NCBI RefSeq assembly: GCF_008831285.2
Contig: NC_045138.2
Span: 10,168,001-10,232,000, forward strand
Source: Nymphaea colorata
Taxonomy: Eukaryota
Length of the DNA stretch: 64,000 bases
Reading direction: 5' to 3'
The position numbers and the translations under genes were made by a program. The notes beneath the pieces were generated by a model. It saw only the letters and a program-made list of their open reading frames with translations, had not been told where the DNA came from and did not search any database. Below are positions 39,307 to 52,719 of the stretch, piece after piece (position 1 is the first letter of the stretch; every line of letters begins with the position of its first letter).

Positions 39307-40065
39307 TTATAAGAACTTTGTAGGAGAAGACATTTAAATTGAAGAGATAAATAAAAGATTCTAGAGAGAGAAAGTAAAACAAATGTATATATGCATTCAT
39401 ATAGATACGAAAATTTGTAAAAGTAAAATACGGAAGCATAAAGAGAAGAGAATGAAGGGAATCACCATGTGGACATATATATATGTAACATGTATATACA
39501 TATGTGCCTTCATGAGATTATAAATCAATAAATGAAAAATAACCTACTTCAAGTTTGATGTAGGCCGGAGGGAAGCTTGGACTCATGCAAGAGCCTAAGC
39601 TAAGCTTTCGAGGCCACATTAGCGATTATTTTTTCGAAAATGTTTTGGAAAGCATGATTTCAAATATTTTTTTTTATATATGAACATAAGGCATAGTTAT
39701 TTTGTTTGTTACAATGGAATATATTTCTTTCACTATTAGGTATGAAAGAAAACCAAACCACACGATAAGGCACTCATTAGGGTCCCTAAACGGGTGATTA
39801 AAAGAAAACTAACACAAAATGACATGAAAATGCATATTAACATGTGCACATTCGTGAGAGTTTTCCCCGGGTTGGACAAGCCCCAACCTCAAAAATTTAC
39901 ATAATAATAAAGAGTCTCAAACCACACTCATTCTTGTTGTGCATTCACATATACGAATAGAAAAATCAAGCAACTACACATGAACAATATCCAAAATAAA
40001 GCAACATTCAAGTAATAGAAAGAACTTGCTAAATCATAGAATGCAATATTATCTCATCTTCTCGT

Positions 40066-40490
40066 GCTCCCGTTGCACTCAAGAAAAGCTTCTTGACTCT
40101 AAAATTGAGATTTAAGAGCTATCTTATATGGCCATGAGGAGATGAAGAAGAGAGGAAACAACAATATTATATTCTAGAGAAGACAGAATTATTTAATCGT
40201 AAAATAAAATATCACTTTACCTTTCCATGCTCACGGTGCCCTCAAGAATAGCTTCTTGACTCTAAAATAGAGATTTGAAGGCAATCTTATATGGCCATGG
40301 GGAGATGAAGAAGTGAAGAAATAGGGGAACAACAACAAGTCTATATTTAAGAAAAGAAAGAAATCATTGAATCATGAAATGAAGGATAATATCATCTTTT
40401 CATACTCCCGATGCACTCAAGAATAGTTTCTTGACTCTAAAATAGAGATTTGAAGGTTATCTTATATGGCCATGGGGAGATGAAGAAAGG
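40066..40490. repeat. Three-copy tandem repeat, period ~163-175 bp
   Basis: The core ctcaagaa.agcttcttgactctaaaa.agagattt..atcttatatggccatg.ggagatgaagaa recurs, with gactct at 40095, 40258 and 40433. Confidence 0.92.
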
Positions 40491-41856
40491 AAGAAACAAA
40501 GGAAAGAAATGAGATGGATGATGATTACATACCTCTAATGAGAATGATTTTCGGAAAAATGAACAACCTTGCTTAGATGATCCTAGATCCCCTTGAGTGA
40601 AGCTCCAAGATGATGAAGATGATGCCTCCAAGAGAGTTATAGCTTGATGAAGCTTGCTCTCAAGGTTGGAGAAGGAGAACAAGTGAGAAGGAAAGAAGAA
40701 GAGGGAAAGGGAGGAAGAGAGCTAAGGGAAAAGCTGTTAAGTTTTCAAGTGAGAATGCACTCTAGTTTCTTCAAGGGCTCGCTCATACCCAAGAGAGAAG
40801 ATTGTGGGGGTATTTATAGAGATGTTTTGGAGCCAAAACTCAAAATTTGAATTTTTTTAAATTTTACAATATTTTCATCCGAATTTTAAAGAATTTTGAA
40901 TTATTTTCAATTTTTTTTCAAAAACTAAATGGGATAGGCCATTAAGCCTGCAAACACTCTTTTGAGGTGTGGGTAAAACATATTTTGGTGCGAAGACGAA
41001 GCATAAAACAAGGAGAGGTATGTGCATGTGCGCGCGACTCTTATAGCACCAGACTTTGTTGTTTTGAACTCGATTTTGGATTTTGAGTTTCAAATGCTCG
41101 ATTCAGATCTAAATTTGGGTTTTGAATCTAATTTGGATCTAAGAGTTGGATTTTGGATTTGAATCTTGCGTCTCAATTTGCGTTTTTGTGTTTGGGGTTA
41201 TTACAACATCTAAATCAACAGGAGGAATGTTCCTCTTGACAACATGCTCTCATTCATGTTGAGTTTAGACATGAAGTTTTTGGAAATTCTTTTCTAAAAT
41301 GAAAATAGATTTCAGATTTTATGCTAAAAGATTTGTCCATTCCTTGAACAATTTCAGCATGTTATATATTCTCTTTTGAGAGAAATGAATATTAAAATTT
41401 GAATATGACTTTGGACCATTTTGAGATGTTGATTAATCCCATGCAAAATCGAGAAATGTATGAATGAAACCAATGACTCCTAAAATATTTTAGGGTTCCA
41501 GTTTGAATGAGATTAGAACTTTCAAGTTCTATGGAAGATGGCCATTTTGTGGCCGGAAATGAACATTTGAAGAGCTTAAAATTTAGAGTTTTAAGCTGAA
41601 TTTTATGAAATCTTGGTTTCATCATAGCAATATACATGCATTTTTCACATGTATTGCTGGAACTGATAAAATTTTAAGATGAAATATTGAGTGGTCTTGC
41701 AGTTTTAAACTACAAAGATCAAAATGTAGTTCTTTTATTTAAAATTAGTTTGAAAATGTGTTCCAACTTAACTTTAAAAGAGAAAAATGATTTTGAATAA
41801 AAGGTTATACATGTGTGTGTGTCAAGGGACCACTTAGCTTATGTAAGTACGTACCT

Positions 41857-41859
<3 letters not shown>

Positions 41860-41918
<59 letters not shown>
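41860..41918. repeat. (AT)n microsatellite
   Basis: Pure AT run of about 59 bp. Confidence 0.95.
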
Positions 41919-41919
<1 letters not shown>

Positions 41920-44900
41920 GTACCTTGCCTCCCAAAATGAGATAGTTGACAAGGGACCACTTAGCTTATGAACCACGATGATTCATAGCTAGATTCTTTT
42001 ATGTAGTAAGATTGCTAATCTCCCTACCACCCTTAATCAACTAAACCAAGAATGCATGAATCAAAATGGCTCAAAATAAAAGAAAACAAGAGAATACTAA
42101 AGCTTGTTTGTCTATGATTTCGCCTTGCAAGGGTGGATCACATTCATAAGAATGTATCTCTCTCTAATAGGTATTTAAATTATATATATTGCAGCAAATA
42201 TAAATCACTCTCTCACAATGGGATTCACTCATCGTGGAGGGAGATAAAAATGGTTTAGGCTTGCTATTTTGAAAGGGACATGGCCTTGGGGCCCTTTTCA
42301 AAACTTTATTCATGGGTTCTCTTTTTAGAAAACCTGATTTATGCATGCATCATGCACTAAAATGTACATTGATTGGATAAAAACGAAAATCAAACACTCC
42401 CATGGATATTTGACTTGAATAAATGAAGAACAAGTTAGAAATCACCTACCTTGTGGTCGGCCTTGTTGCTTGAGGCTTCTCCTTGCTTGTTCTTTAGATC
42501 AAGCAATCCTAAGCAAGAATCCAAGCTTGGATTTGAGCTTAGCAAAGCTAAAAGAAGAAAGTCTCTTGCTAGAAAATGCTAGAAGAAGGATGGGTTTTCT
42601 TATACTAGAACCCTCAACAAGAGTCCAACAAAGTACACTAGCTTAACAAATCTAGAAGCAAAGGAATGGGAGAGAAAGAGAGGGAGCTTGGATGATGGCA
42701 CCTCCTCCTCTTCTTGGCTTCTTCTTCTTCTTCCTCCTCTTGGCTGCAACTAAGGAGAAGAGAGACACAAGAAATGAGAAAAAAGTTGCCCCCCTCCCTT
42801 GGCCCCAATTGGAGTTTATATAGAAATGAAATTGAATGAGGAGGTAGCTGCACCTACCTCCTTAACTCTGCATTGGAACATGCCCAAGGCTTGGGAAATT
42901 TGCTCCTTTTTGAGCTACTAGGATAGGATAGGTTCAGCTAGTATCAAGGCAGGAATTAAAATTCATTTAAATTGCTAGAATAGGGCTGAGGTGGGTGCCA
43001 CCTCAACCAGCCCGTAATTAAGGCAATGGCTAAAAGAAACTTGATTTTTTAGTCTAATCCATGACATATGGATTGATGATTTGGAAAAATGGTTTAAATA
43101 TGCTTTTAATCCTCTTTAAATGACTCCAAATAATCACACCTACCCCACATGAATGAACTGGATGTCCTTGGTTAGGTCTGGTCAACCATGGTCCACACCT
43201 AGTCAAGTCTAACTTGGCTCCTAGTTTGACTAAAATCTTTACGAAAATATGCTTGACTCGGGTTTTTATTTTTTGAAATCAAGCTTGTTAGGTTCCAACC
43301 TAGTGACTAAGTTCTAAATGTTATTGAATTGTGAATTCATTTTTGACAATTCAATTAAATTTGAACAGACTTGAAAATCCTATCAAATTTGATTTAAAAG
43401 GACATTTTGATCCATAATTCAATTGAAAATGGATTTAATTGGATCAAATATTTATTTTCAACTTGGTATTTGATTTGTTCATTTTTCAAATTCAAAATTG
43501 TATTTTATTTATAGAATCATAATTTGGGTTATACGAAATCATTTTGATCATGGAAGGATGAAGTTATTTGAATTTGGTGAAATTTGACCAATTGAACAAA
43601 GTCAAAGCTCATTTTGTGAGCTGATGTTGACTTGCTTAAGGTAATTTGATGAATTTGAGCTTGGAAGCACTTAATTGTGTTTCAATTATGCTCAATTTTG
43701 AATTGTACTTCTACTAGGTTGAGTCAAAATAGATTCGATCTAGTCAAGGTTTATCTCTATCTAGTAGCTGGATCATGGGGTACACCCAACTTTTTGACTA
43801 GGTTTTGACCAAGCTAAGCTCATGCTGACTGAGCTCAGTGAGGGTGTGGTGCCATTTTTGGGTCCACTTAAGTCAAACCTGCTTGGTTTAAGTAGGTTAG
43901 TTAGAAGTCATCAAGGCTTCCTTGGAAATTGACTCTTCTCTTTAATTAGAGAACCTTCTTTTTAGTTAATGGAAAGGGATATATAAATATCTCTTTTTCT
44001 ATGAATCCCATTATGATATATTTATTCGTCATTGAAATGATACATTTGATCAATTAAGAGGAGATATTTTGAAAAGGGAGGGTGTGTGCCCTCTTGGGTG
44101 GGCCCTTGCCCATGCAGGCAAAGTGGGGCCCACACGTGGGTACCACATAGCATTTTGGATCCAAAATTGGATTCAGCTTTTGAATTTGGATCGGGATTGA
44201 GATTTGAATTCATATCTAGATTCCAAGTTGATCATGCGACCCCAAATAACAATTGCAATTACATTTGAGTTTCAAAAACCTAATTTGGATCTAGTCTTAC
44301 ATATTGGATTAGAACTTGGACTCGTAATCCTGCTTTGGGATTTGTTCTACAAGTTAAATTCATTGTTTGAACCTAAATTATGTTTAAATTCGAAATTGGC
44401 ATTGAAATTGAAGTTTTTTATAATTGTTTTGTGAAATTGTTTGTAACATTTTGAAATTGCATCCATCAACTGAGATGGAAAATTTTGGGGTGTTAATAAA
44501 TGTCCCTCTTTGTTGTTAAGCAAGTTGAAGACTTTGTTTAGCGGCAAAGATTTGCACACCAAATTTTTTTGGCAAAAATTTTTGAAAATTTGTTTTCCAA
44601 ATGAAGTCAAGCCATCCTTACTTGAGAGGAAATGTTAGGCAGAGATTTCAAATAAGAAGATTTTCCTCCATTTCATAGAAATCTCTGTATAGAAATTGAT
44701 GTTGATTGGGAAATTTTGCAATTGAAATAGTGTTTGCACTCAACACTTGAAGAACTCAACCCTTCGTGGCCGTTTGACCAAGGGCAAGTGCTTTTTCATC
44801 TTTTCTTTTTCTTTTTTTTTTTTTTGCTTTTGCCTTTTTTGGCTTTTGCTTTTAAATTTTAATTTTCTTTTGAGTCATGCTTCACTCTTGGAGGAAATTC

Positions 44901-45389
44901 CTCACCAACCCATGAGCTACTATGAAGTTTTACAACTTTGGTGGTTTTGTGTAGTTTGCTTTGTGCAATATCAAGCCTATCAATATCAAGCTCACCACTC
45001 AACCCATTTTTTTTATAGCTTTCCTTGCATCTTGGGAAGGTCTTTTGGGGTCATGAGAGCTTTTCCTCATGGTGTCACATGTTAGACCTTTATAAGTGCT
45101 CAATTTTTGGGACTAACATTAATTCCTAAACATTGATCCCTCAGTTTCATTGAAATTTCTTGCATGGTTCAAGTCAATGCCCTTGCCATTACTTTTCTAC
45201 AAGTGAGACATGGGCTGAATTCAAAAAATTTTGAAAATTTTGATTGAAACATGCATTTTGAATTCTTTTGCAAAATCAATCTTTAAAGTTCCCTCTAAAG
45301 AGATATGATGCCTCTTAGTTGGTTTGAAAATTTGTAGAAAATGTGCTTAATCAAAGCATAATCGTTTTGATTTTTTTTATTGCAAATTC

Positions 45390-48300
45390 AAGTATAGAAA
45401 TTCTTAAGATAAAAAACATTAATTGGATGGGTGATTTTGACCCCATCAAAATCAATTAGCTAATAAGAATTATGAGGTAGAACCTCTTTGATGACATATG
45501 GTCCTTCCCAGTTTGGTGCCTATTTTTCTTTGGGTCTACTTCTTAAACCACTGATCTTAAGACAATGTCATTTACATGAAATTTTCTTTCAATGATCGAT
45601 TTGGCATAATGTCGAGCGACTCTCTTGTGATAGACTTCAGTGTGCTTGTAGTATTTTATCATCTAAGAGGTCTAGTTGAGCAAGTCTCTTTTGTTGATAC
45701 TTACTAATTAGAAGCTCAATGAGAGCAGCAAATTTCGTTACTAGTTTTTAGACATGTAATGGAAGAACAATTTTTGTTTCATGCACTAATTATGCTAGTG
45801 TAGCATTGGTGGGTATTTGAATTGTAGTTCGATATGCTCAAAGTGCATTGTGCATTTTCTTGTGCCAAGTTGGTTTATTTCAACGGCCCTTTCTAAAACA
45901 TAAATCAAAATTTTGTTAATTGCTTTTGCTTGACAATTACCTTGAGGGTAATATGGGGTAGAAAATTGATGTTGCATTTTGTATTTGTGAGAGAGGTGAA
46001 TTTTCTCATTTTTCAAATAAGTGCCATTGTCTGAGACAATATAATGCGAGATGCCTAACCTATACAAAAGGTTTTTATGAATGAAGGACACAACATGTCA
46101 TTTTTTTACTGTTTTTAAGGTGATTGTCTCCACCCATTTGGTGAAGTAATTTGTAGCTACAAGAAAATATCTGTGCCCATTTGAGCGATGTGGTGATTGG
46201 GCCGACCACGTCAAAGGCCCACATTGAAAATGTCCAGGATGAGCTAAACAAATGAAGGTATGATGCTAAAGCATGAATTGATAGTGTGTGTAATTGACAT
46301 TTGATGCACTTTTTGATAAATTGTTGACAGTCTTTCTGCATTGTAGGCCAATGGTACCCTACTCTAGCTATATGCTTGATGAGGGTTTGATACCATACAT
46401 GTCCCCCATAGATTCCTTCATAGGATTCTTGAATAACTTCTAGTGTCTCATGTACATCGAGACATCTAGCATATTTTGTGTTGAATCCTCTTTTATATAG
46501 AATTTTAGCTAAAATAAAATATCTTAAAGGCATCTGCCTCAAAGCTCTTCACTCTTTTCGAGACATTTCAAGTGAGATTGTTCCTATTTGGAAAAAAAAA
46601 TGTCCTAATACTAAGGTACTTCTCTGCTTTCTACTTGTAGCTCCTATTCTGGCATGACATAGGATGGTTGTTTGAGTCTACCGACTTCAAAAGATCTGAT
46701 GGACTCCCCATGTTTGAATGTTAAGGCAGAGCCCAAACTATCCAAACCAACTACAATTTGGTTAAATTATCTCTTGACATGAGAGCTGGCATTCCTCAAA
46801 TTGTTTTATGGGAGATGGGTCAATTTTTGATATGGGATCAACTTTTTATATGTGACTTGTCAAACTCTATTAACTTGACTGACAACTAGGAGAGAATCTC
46901 CAAAATGTGAACTCTTTGTACTTCTAATTAGAGAAGCATTTTGAATCCTTGTATTAAGGCTTCATATTCTTCCATGTTACGCATGCAGGAGAAATTTAAT
47001 TTGAAGGAGTAAACAATCATTTCCTTCTCCAGTGTAACAAAAAGTATCCCAATGTCTACCCCAACTGTACTTTTAGATCTATCAAAGTGCATTCCAACAT
47101 TGGCTTTGGTTTAGTCATTAGGATTTGCTAATCTAGAAAATTATCATTTGTTTTGTTTTCCTCAAATAGAGGAAAGTTTGCTTATTAATATGTAATGGCT
47201 TGACCCTTGATTGATTTCTATGACACATATTCTAAATCATATTGCATCAACAAAACTTATCATTTTGCTATTCAACCATTTAGAAATGGTTGTTCGATGA
47301 TGCATTTGAGTAGATTGATCTTGGATAAAATTTTGATATTGTATGCCTCATCCATACCAGGGCTAAGCAGGTCTTTTTCTTGTGCAAATAATTCTTTTCA
47401 TATAGCAAAAATATTTTACTGATGTAATAGATAACATGCACCATCCAGCATTTCTTTTCATATTGCACCAAAAAATCCACCATAGGCTGAACTATTCACT
47501 GTGATGTAAAAAAGTAGGGGTTCCCCCTACATTAGAGGTTTTAAAATTGGCGGGTAAATGAGATATTTCTTGATCTTTTTGAATGAGGTCTGACATTCAT
47601 GTTCTCATCCAAATTTGATTCTTTTTTGCATTAAATAGTTAAAGAGTTCACATCTCATGGCAAGATTAGATATAAACATTCTAATTGACCAAATTCTGCC
47701 TTGCAAATTTCATAGCTCCTTCAGATTCGTTGGTGGTAGCATCTCAATGATTGCCTTTGCATTGAAGGGATCCATTTTGATTTTGTTTTTGCTGACCATA
47801 AATCTCAAAAGTTTACTAGATTCTACACCAAACACACACTTATGCTGATTTAGTCTAAGCTTATATTGTCAAAGTTGATCGAAGACTTGAGAAAGAATAT
47901 TGATGTGATTTTGTCTGATATTGGACTTAATTAACAAATCTTCCACATATGCACTCATCATTTGGTGCATTTAAACGTGAAAAATAGTTGTCATAGCCCT
48001 TTGATATGTTTTCCCAACGTTTTTTAGGCCAAAAGGCATTATGATATAGTAGAAAGTGCCTCATAGGGTTGTAAATGATGTTTGGGGCTGTCCTAACTGG
48101 CCAGCTTAATTTGGTTGCAGCCAAAATATCCATCCATAAAGGAGAACCTAGTGTGGCCTGCAATACTATCCACCAACAAATTGATAATCGAAGTTGATAG
48201 TTGTCTTTTGGTGTGGTTTGTTCAAATTTTCGAAATCAATGCAGAGTCGAATTTTGTCATTCTTCTTTTGGGCTGCCATGATGTTTGTCAATCATTTGGG

Positions 48301-49405
48301 ATAGTCAATTGCTTAAATGAGCCATATCTTTAGTAGGTCTTTTAGGCCTTCCTTACTCGCCCCTCAAGATGAGGGTCTAGCTTTCTCAAATTTTGTTTGA
48401 CTAACTTGCATTCTTGCTTCAACGGCAATTGATGCTCGAGCAGTTTGGTATCGAGTCTTGGCATGTCCTCATGAGTCCATGCAAAGGTTTCATGATAATT
48501 TTTTAGGAAGTCTAACAACTTTTCTCTTTCTTTTTTTCATGCAAATGTTATTTTCCTCTATCGGGTCACTAACCAAAGGCGACAATTGATCTTGCTTTTC
48601 ATTTGGATGAACTCTAACATTCTGCCTCGATTGGTTTCAGATTTACATCCTTGAATGCTTTTGATGTTTGATCCATAGGTATCCTGAAGATTATGAAAGA
48701 GTTATATAAAATGGAGACATTTTGTGTAAAACAAAGCAAATTACATATATCATTGCACATGTGAAAGTATTACAAAATGAAGACAATTGATCTATTGAAG
48801 TACAATGATGACAAAACGACAAAATGTTGACTCGATGTCAAAATGATGATAGACAATGATTTATTCAAATTGATAGTGAATGGTGTTACTTTTGGCAAAA
48901 GGCACTGGCATGAATTCTTCTATGACACCCACCTTTTCATAATTTTGGTATCTTAGGGCTTGAGTTCCTTATTGCCCTGCCGTTTGAATTGGTCTCAAGA
49001 TTCCATTTTCTTGTTTGCTAAGGCCAGCAAATGGCCGATAGCCATGACACATGAGCAGGTTTAACACTTTCTCATTTTGAGAGAAATTTTTGAACAATGG
49101 ATGACTTTTGTAATTTACTGTGGATAGATCTGGCATGGTACCTACTGCTACCTACATTTGCTTCTTCGGCTTTCGAGTAGCCAATTTGCTAAGATTATGA
49201 GGAAATTCTTTTCTTTGTAGATCCAAATACTTGGTACCTCAATTAGTATTTGTTGGTACTGGAATCATTGAATGTGCAAGATGATTTTGTTTGTCCTCTA
49301 CATAAATTGTGATGGTATTCATATTGTGAGCTCTTTTGACACAGTGATGTAGTGTGGAAGGAACTGCATTTGTAGCATGAATCAATGGTCTGCCAATGAG
49401 GACTT
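45390..49405 (-). mobile_element. Degenerate Ty3/gypsy Ogre/Tat-lineage pol (PR end-RT-RH-aRH-INT), 5'-truncated
   Basis: VLIGRPLIHATNAVPSTLHHC (49340-49403); RT AGHTRFSFMDGYFGCNQ (~48110-48160) and AYVEDLLIK (~47930-47955); additional RNase H YSFKLNFSCMRNMEEYEALIQG (~46945-47012); integrase WAFDVVGPI, IVSDNGT, STPYYPQGN and APNWEGPY (~45500). Confidence 0.9.
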
Positions 49406-49409
49406 TATA

Positions 49410-52400
49410 TCAACCATATAAAATAAAACCTGATCATGTATAACATGAATCAAAGGTCTGCTGAGCAACAAGTTGAATGAAACATTATATCAACCATATA
49501 AAATAAAACCCAATGTCTTGTGGGATTTAAATCAATCAAATGACTTGTACTTGGTCGTTGTACCGCTTGGCAGATACCTTTTACTTGAAATTTTTCCAAA
49601 ACTAATTTGGTTTTTTTTTTGTTTTGCATAACTCTCTGCTTCTATAACAAAGATGGAGATGGGAGGGGTAAGAACAGATGGCACACCCGATGGGACCCAT
49701 TATTGCCCATGTAAGGATTTCTTGGATCATATATAAGTCATTTTTCAAATGTCAGATATCAATTGCATGGACCTTTCATGGCTATATATATTGGCATCAT
49801 ATTTGTGTACATTTAAAATTAATTGAGAATAAAGCATGTTATCTTAGTTATATAATTTATTCTACCTCTCCTCAATTTAGGAGTTGTATGGAGCCCATGC
49901 ACGCTCTCTCAAATTTTTCAAATCTATCTTTTAAGAATGTATGCAATAAAGCCATCTATTTTCACATATACTCATGAATTTTGAAAACAATCTTGACCTA
50001 TATCAAGTCTTGGTCATAATGTTGTTGGACTATTTCTAGGACATTAGTCTAATGTATAGCTTTACAACTAGACCAACCAATTAGACTAAAAAGTCCCCCA
50101 TTAGCATCAAAATGAATAATAGTCTCAGTATATTGATAGTGAGCAAGGAGAATTGAAGAGCCCATATTTACAAAACCCTTACAAGAGTCTATGCCAATAC
50201 CATAGATTTGGCATATAGGCATACATTGAATTTTTGATAAATCGGGATCTATTCAACCCATTTATTCTGCTTGGGTTCGAAGACCAAATTTTTTAAATGG
50301 TGTATATAGGTAGGGGCCCTAAGAAATACATTATCAATTGTTTGATTTATCTTCAATTGCTTACTTAGATATATGATATGGAATGTCCGACAATGTCTCC
50401 AAGTTCATGTCCAAACCCATTGTCAAAACTCTTCTTGAGTCTATATTGGGTCAAGTCATGTCAATATCTAATCAAAACTTTCATTTATCAAGATAGACTC
50501 AAAAATCATTTTTTCATATGACTATATCATATTAGGGTTGTGCGAAGGTTGATCTAGACTTCTCATCATTCCAAGTGAAATCTTCCTACCTCATTGGTAT
50601 CTCTCATGGTACTCAACCTTTTCGGTGTATGTTCGTGGACCACTTAGAAGATTGTGGTTTTGAAGAAGCGGTCAATCTTGCCATGCAACCCATCAATGAA
50701 AATCTAATTCATGCAATCCCAAAAAGTTGGAACCCAAGGACCAATACTTTTTTGTTCTCATGAGGTGAAATGACAATCACCTTAGATGAATTTTCAAGTA
50801 TAATGGGTTTGCCCAAGTCAGATGGTGACCCAAGAAGACCAATTAAAAACTAGTTCCTCATCAATCAAGGTCAAGGCAAAACTCTAGAAATAATTCTCAA
50901 ACTCATGAAAAAACGGAGTTGGCCATTTTTAGAAGAAGATAGACGTCAATACCACTAGTTGGAAGAACTTTGCGAAGCGTATTCAGAATATGTCAATCCT
51001 GCTTCATTCTCTAGAAGTGTTGTAGACAAATACAAAAATTTTATGGTAACCTACACCATGGGTCTCGTCTTCTTCAACAATGCAATAGACTTTTGCACAA
51101 TTCATCTCCTTAAAAAATGGAGGCATGTCAAAGTCCGTCGCCTATCCATAGCAATGGCAGCCTTGGGTTTCTTACCAAGGATTGACCAACTTTTCAATTG
51201 GGGATATAAACTTGATAGAATGATGTGTCTTCATATTACAATCATGATTCTATGAACACGTAGGGTTACAATCATGTCTTTTTCAAAATACGAATGGTAG
51301 TTATCCAATGTGGAGCAGTACCATGGGAAGATTCTGCTATCATTTGGGACTACTTTGATAGAGAAGTCACCAAGTCCAGATATACCTACAACCAGGTCAG
51401 AGGAAGTCTTCTACTGAGACTATTTTTCATAGTTGACTATCATCCAGAGCATTGCATCAGACAATTCTAGAAATATCAAAGGAATGCATATAAAATTAAA
51501 TCAAAAGGAGCCATCATGAAGGGTGAACTAGACACCAAATACTGGTCAGGAATATACACGTGTCAAACAACATTGGGAATTATTTGCCCACTCATACCTT
51601 CTCATTGGTCCAAGCATGAGTTTTGAATATGTCAAATAGTGGAATGAAGTCCCCCCATCTATCTTTCTATCCTAGAACACTTTTGCACGGTTCGGCAACA
51701 CATGCACTACTAGAGGGTTTAAAGTTTCACATCAAAATTCGACAGAATCTCATCTACATATCCTATTTTTTCGATTCTAGTCTATTGGAATTGTAGAGAA
51801 TAGCTATAGACCGCAGCCTAGGAGAAGAAATCAAAGTTTCTACTATCAATTTTTAGAATTTTACATTTAATCAAAGAAACTGCAATAACTTCCATATACC
51901 TAATATTTTAGCAAAATTTATATTCCAGATTATTACAACACACTAGAGGAAACATTTGGTAAAGTTTTATCACCAATGAACACTTTGCCTCTTCTCATAT
52001 TTTTTGTCCCTACATTCTCTCTCTCTCCCTTTTCTCTTTCTCCCTTCTCTCTCTCTCCCCTCTTCTCATGTTGCCTCCCAAAATGGGATGGCAATGTTTA
52101 TAGGCAAAAAATAATATATTTTATTACTTAATATTATATTTTATGTTAATATATTTTATTTTTAAGGAGGTTGTGAAAATTAATTAAATAATAAATAGAT
52201 GTGAAAAAATAAATTTAATATTATGAGGATGTTAGCATAGTTAACTAGATTTAAATGATTAATTTTGATTCTAGATTAGCTTAATGCTTAATCCTAGCTT
52301 AAGAGCTCTAATTTCAATATTAATTGAGTGTTTAAGCTCTTAAACTATCATTAGCTAAACTTAATCATGATTAGAATAATCTAATCTTGATTAGTCAATT

Positions 52401-52704
52401 ACTAATCTACCTGTGGTCAAGCCACTGACCAATGACCATAATACCCTGATCTCACTAGGTCTTGGATGGTTTTTAGCCTCCCAATTTGACTACGAGTTTC
52501 ATAACCATTGGATATCAACTTTCTATCTGGTTTGAAACACAAACAAGACTTAGTTGAGTGATTTCTATATGAATTATTAATTTTGAATCTTGATATAATT
52601 TCTTAACAATCATTTACACAGGAACATAATAGGATTCAAGAATTTTTAGGGCTAAAACTGTATTTCATTAATTGTTTTTTATGCTAAAAAGCTTGTATGT
52701 TATA
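49410..52704 (-). repeat. Putative 3' LTR of the minus-strand Tekay element (right end clear, left end inferred)
   Basis: Minus-strand PPT aagggggaaagaa (52706-52718) followed by tataaca. A TATA-like gcctataaac (~52096-52105), a GA-rich leader and a donor-like ag|gtatat (~51900) follow. A U5-like segment lies near 49500-49590. Confidence 0.5.
50575..51650 (+). pseudogene. Decayed plant mobile domain (PMD, MAIN/MAIL-like) coding sequence
   Basis: QPINENLIHAIPKSWNPRTNTFLFS*GEMTITLDEFSSIMGLP (50685-50813) matches the PMD signature W..ETHTF.F..GEMTITL.D...ILGLP. A downstream hydrophobic segment (FMVTYTMGLVFF..SIAMAALGFL) is compatible. Stops are present and the 3' extent is approximate. Confidence 0.8.
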
Positions 52705-52719
52705 ATTCTTTCCCCCTTA

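Larger units (their letters stand above)
37540..44498 (-). mobile_element. Non-coding LTR-like sequences of Ogre/Tat-type element(s), boundaries unresolved
   Basis: Minus-strand PPT aaagagggaca (~44501-44511) followed by an LTR-like start tattaacaccccaaaatt at 44498. Similar PPT-like or terminus-like signatures occur at ~38540 and 41205. Minus-strand TATA plus CT-rich leaders occur at ~40815 and ~42818. Confidence 0.5.

Noticed and set aside
40066..40490. CRISPR-like repeat-spacer array
   Set aside because: The context is eukaryotic, the long degenerate units have related spacers, and there are no cas genes. It is an ordinary tandem repeat.
39556..41208. Solo LTR with defined ends
   Set aside because: There is a terminus-like tttggggttattaca at 41205, but no matching TSD or convincing opposite end.
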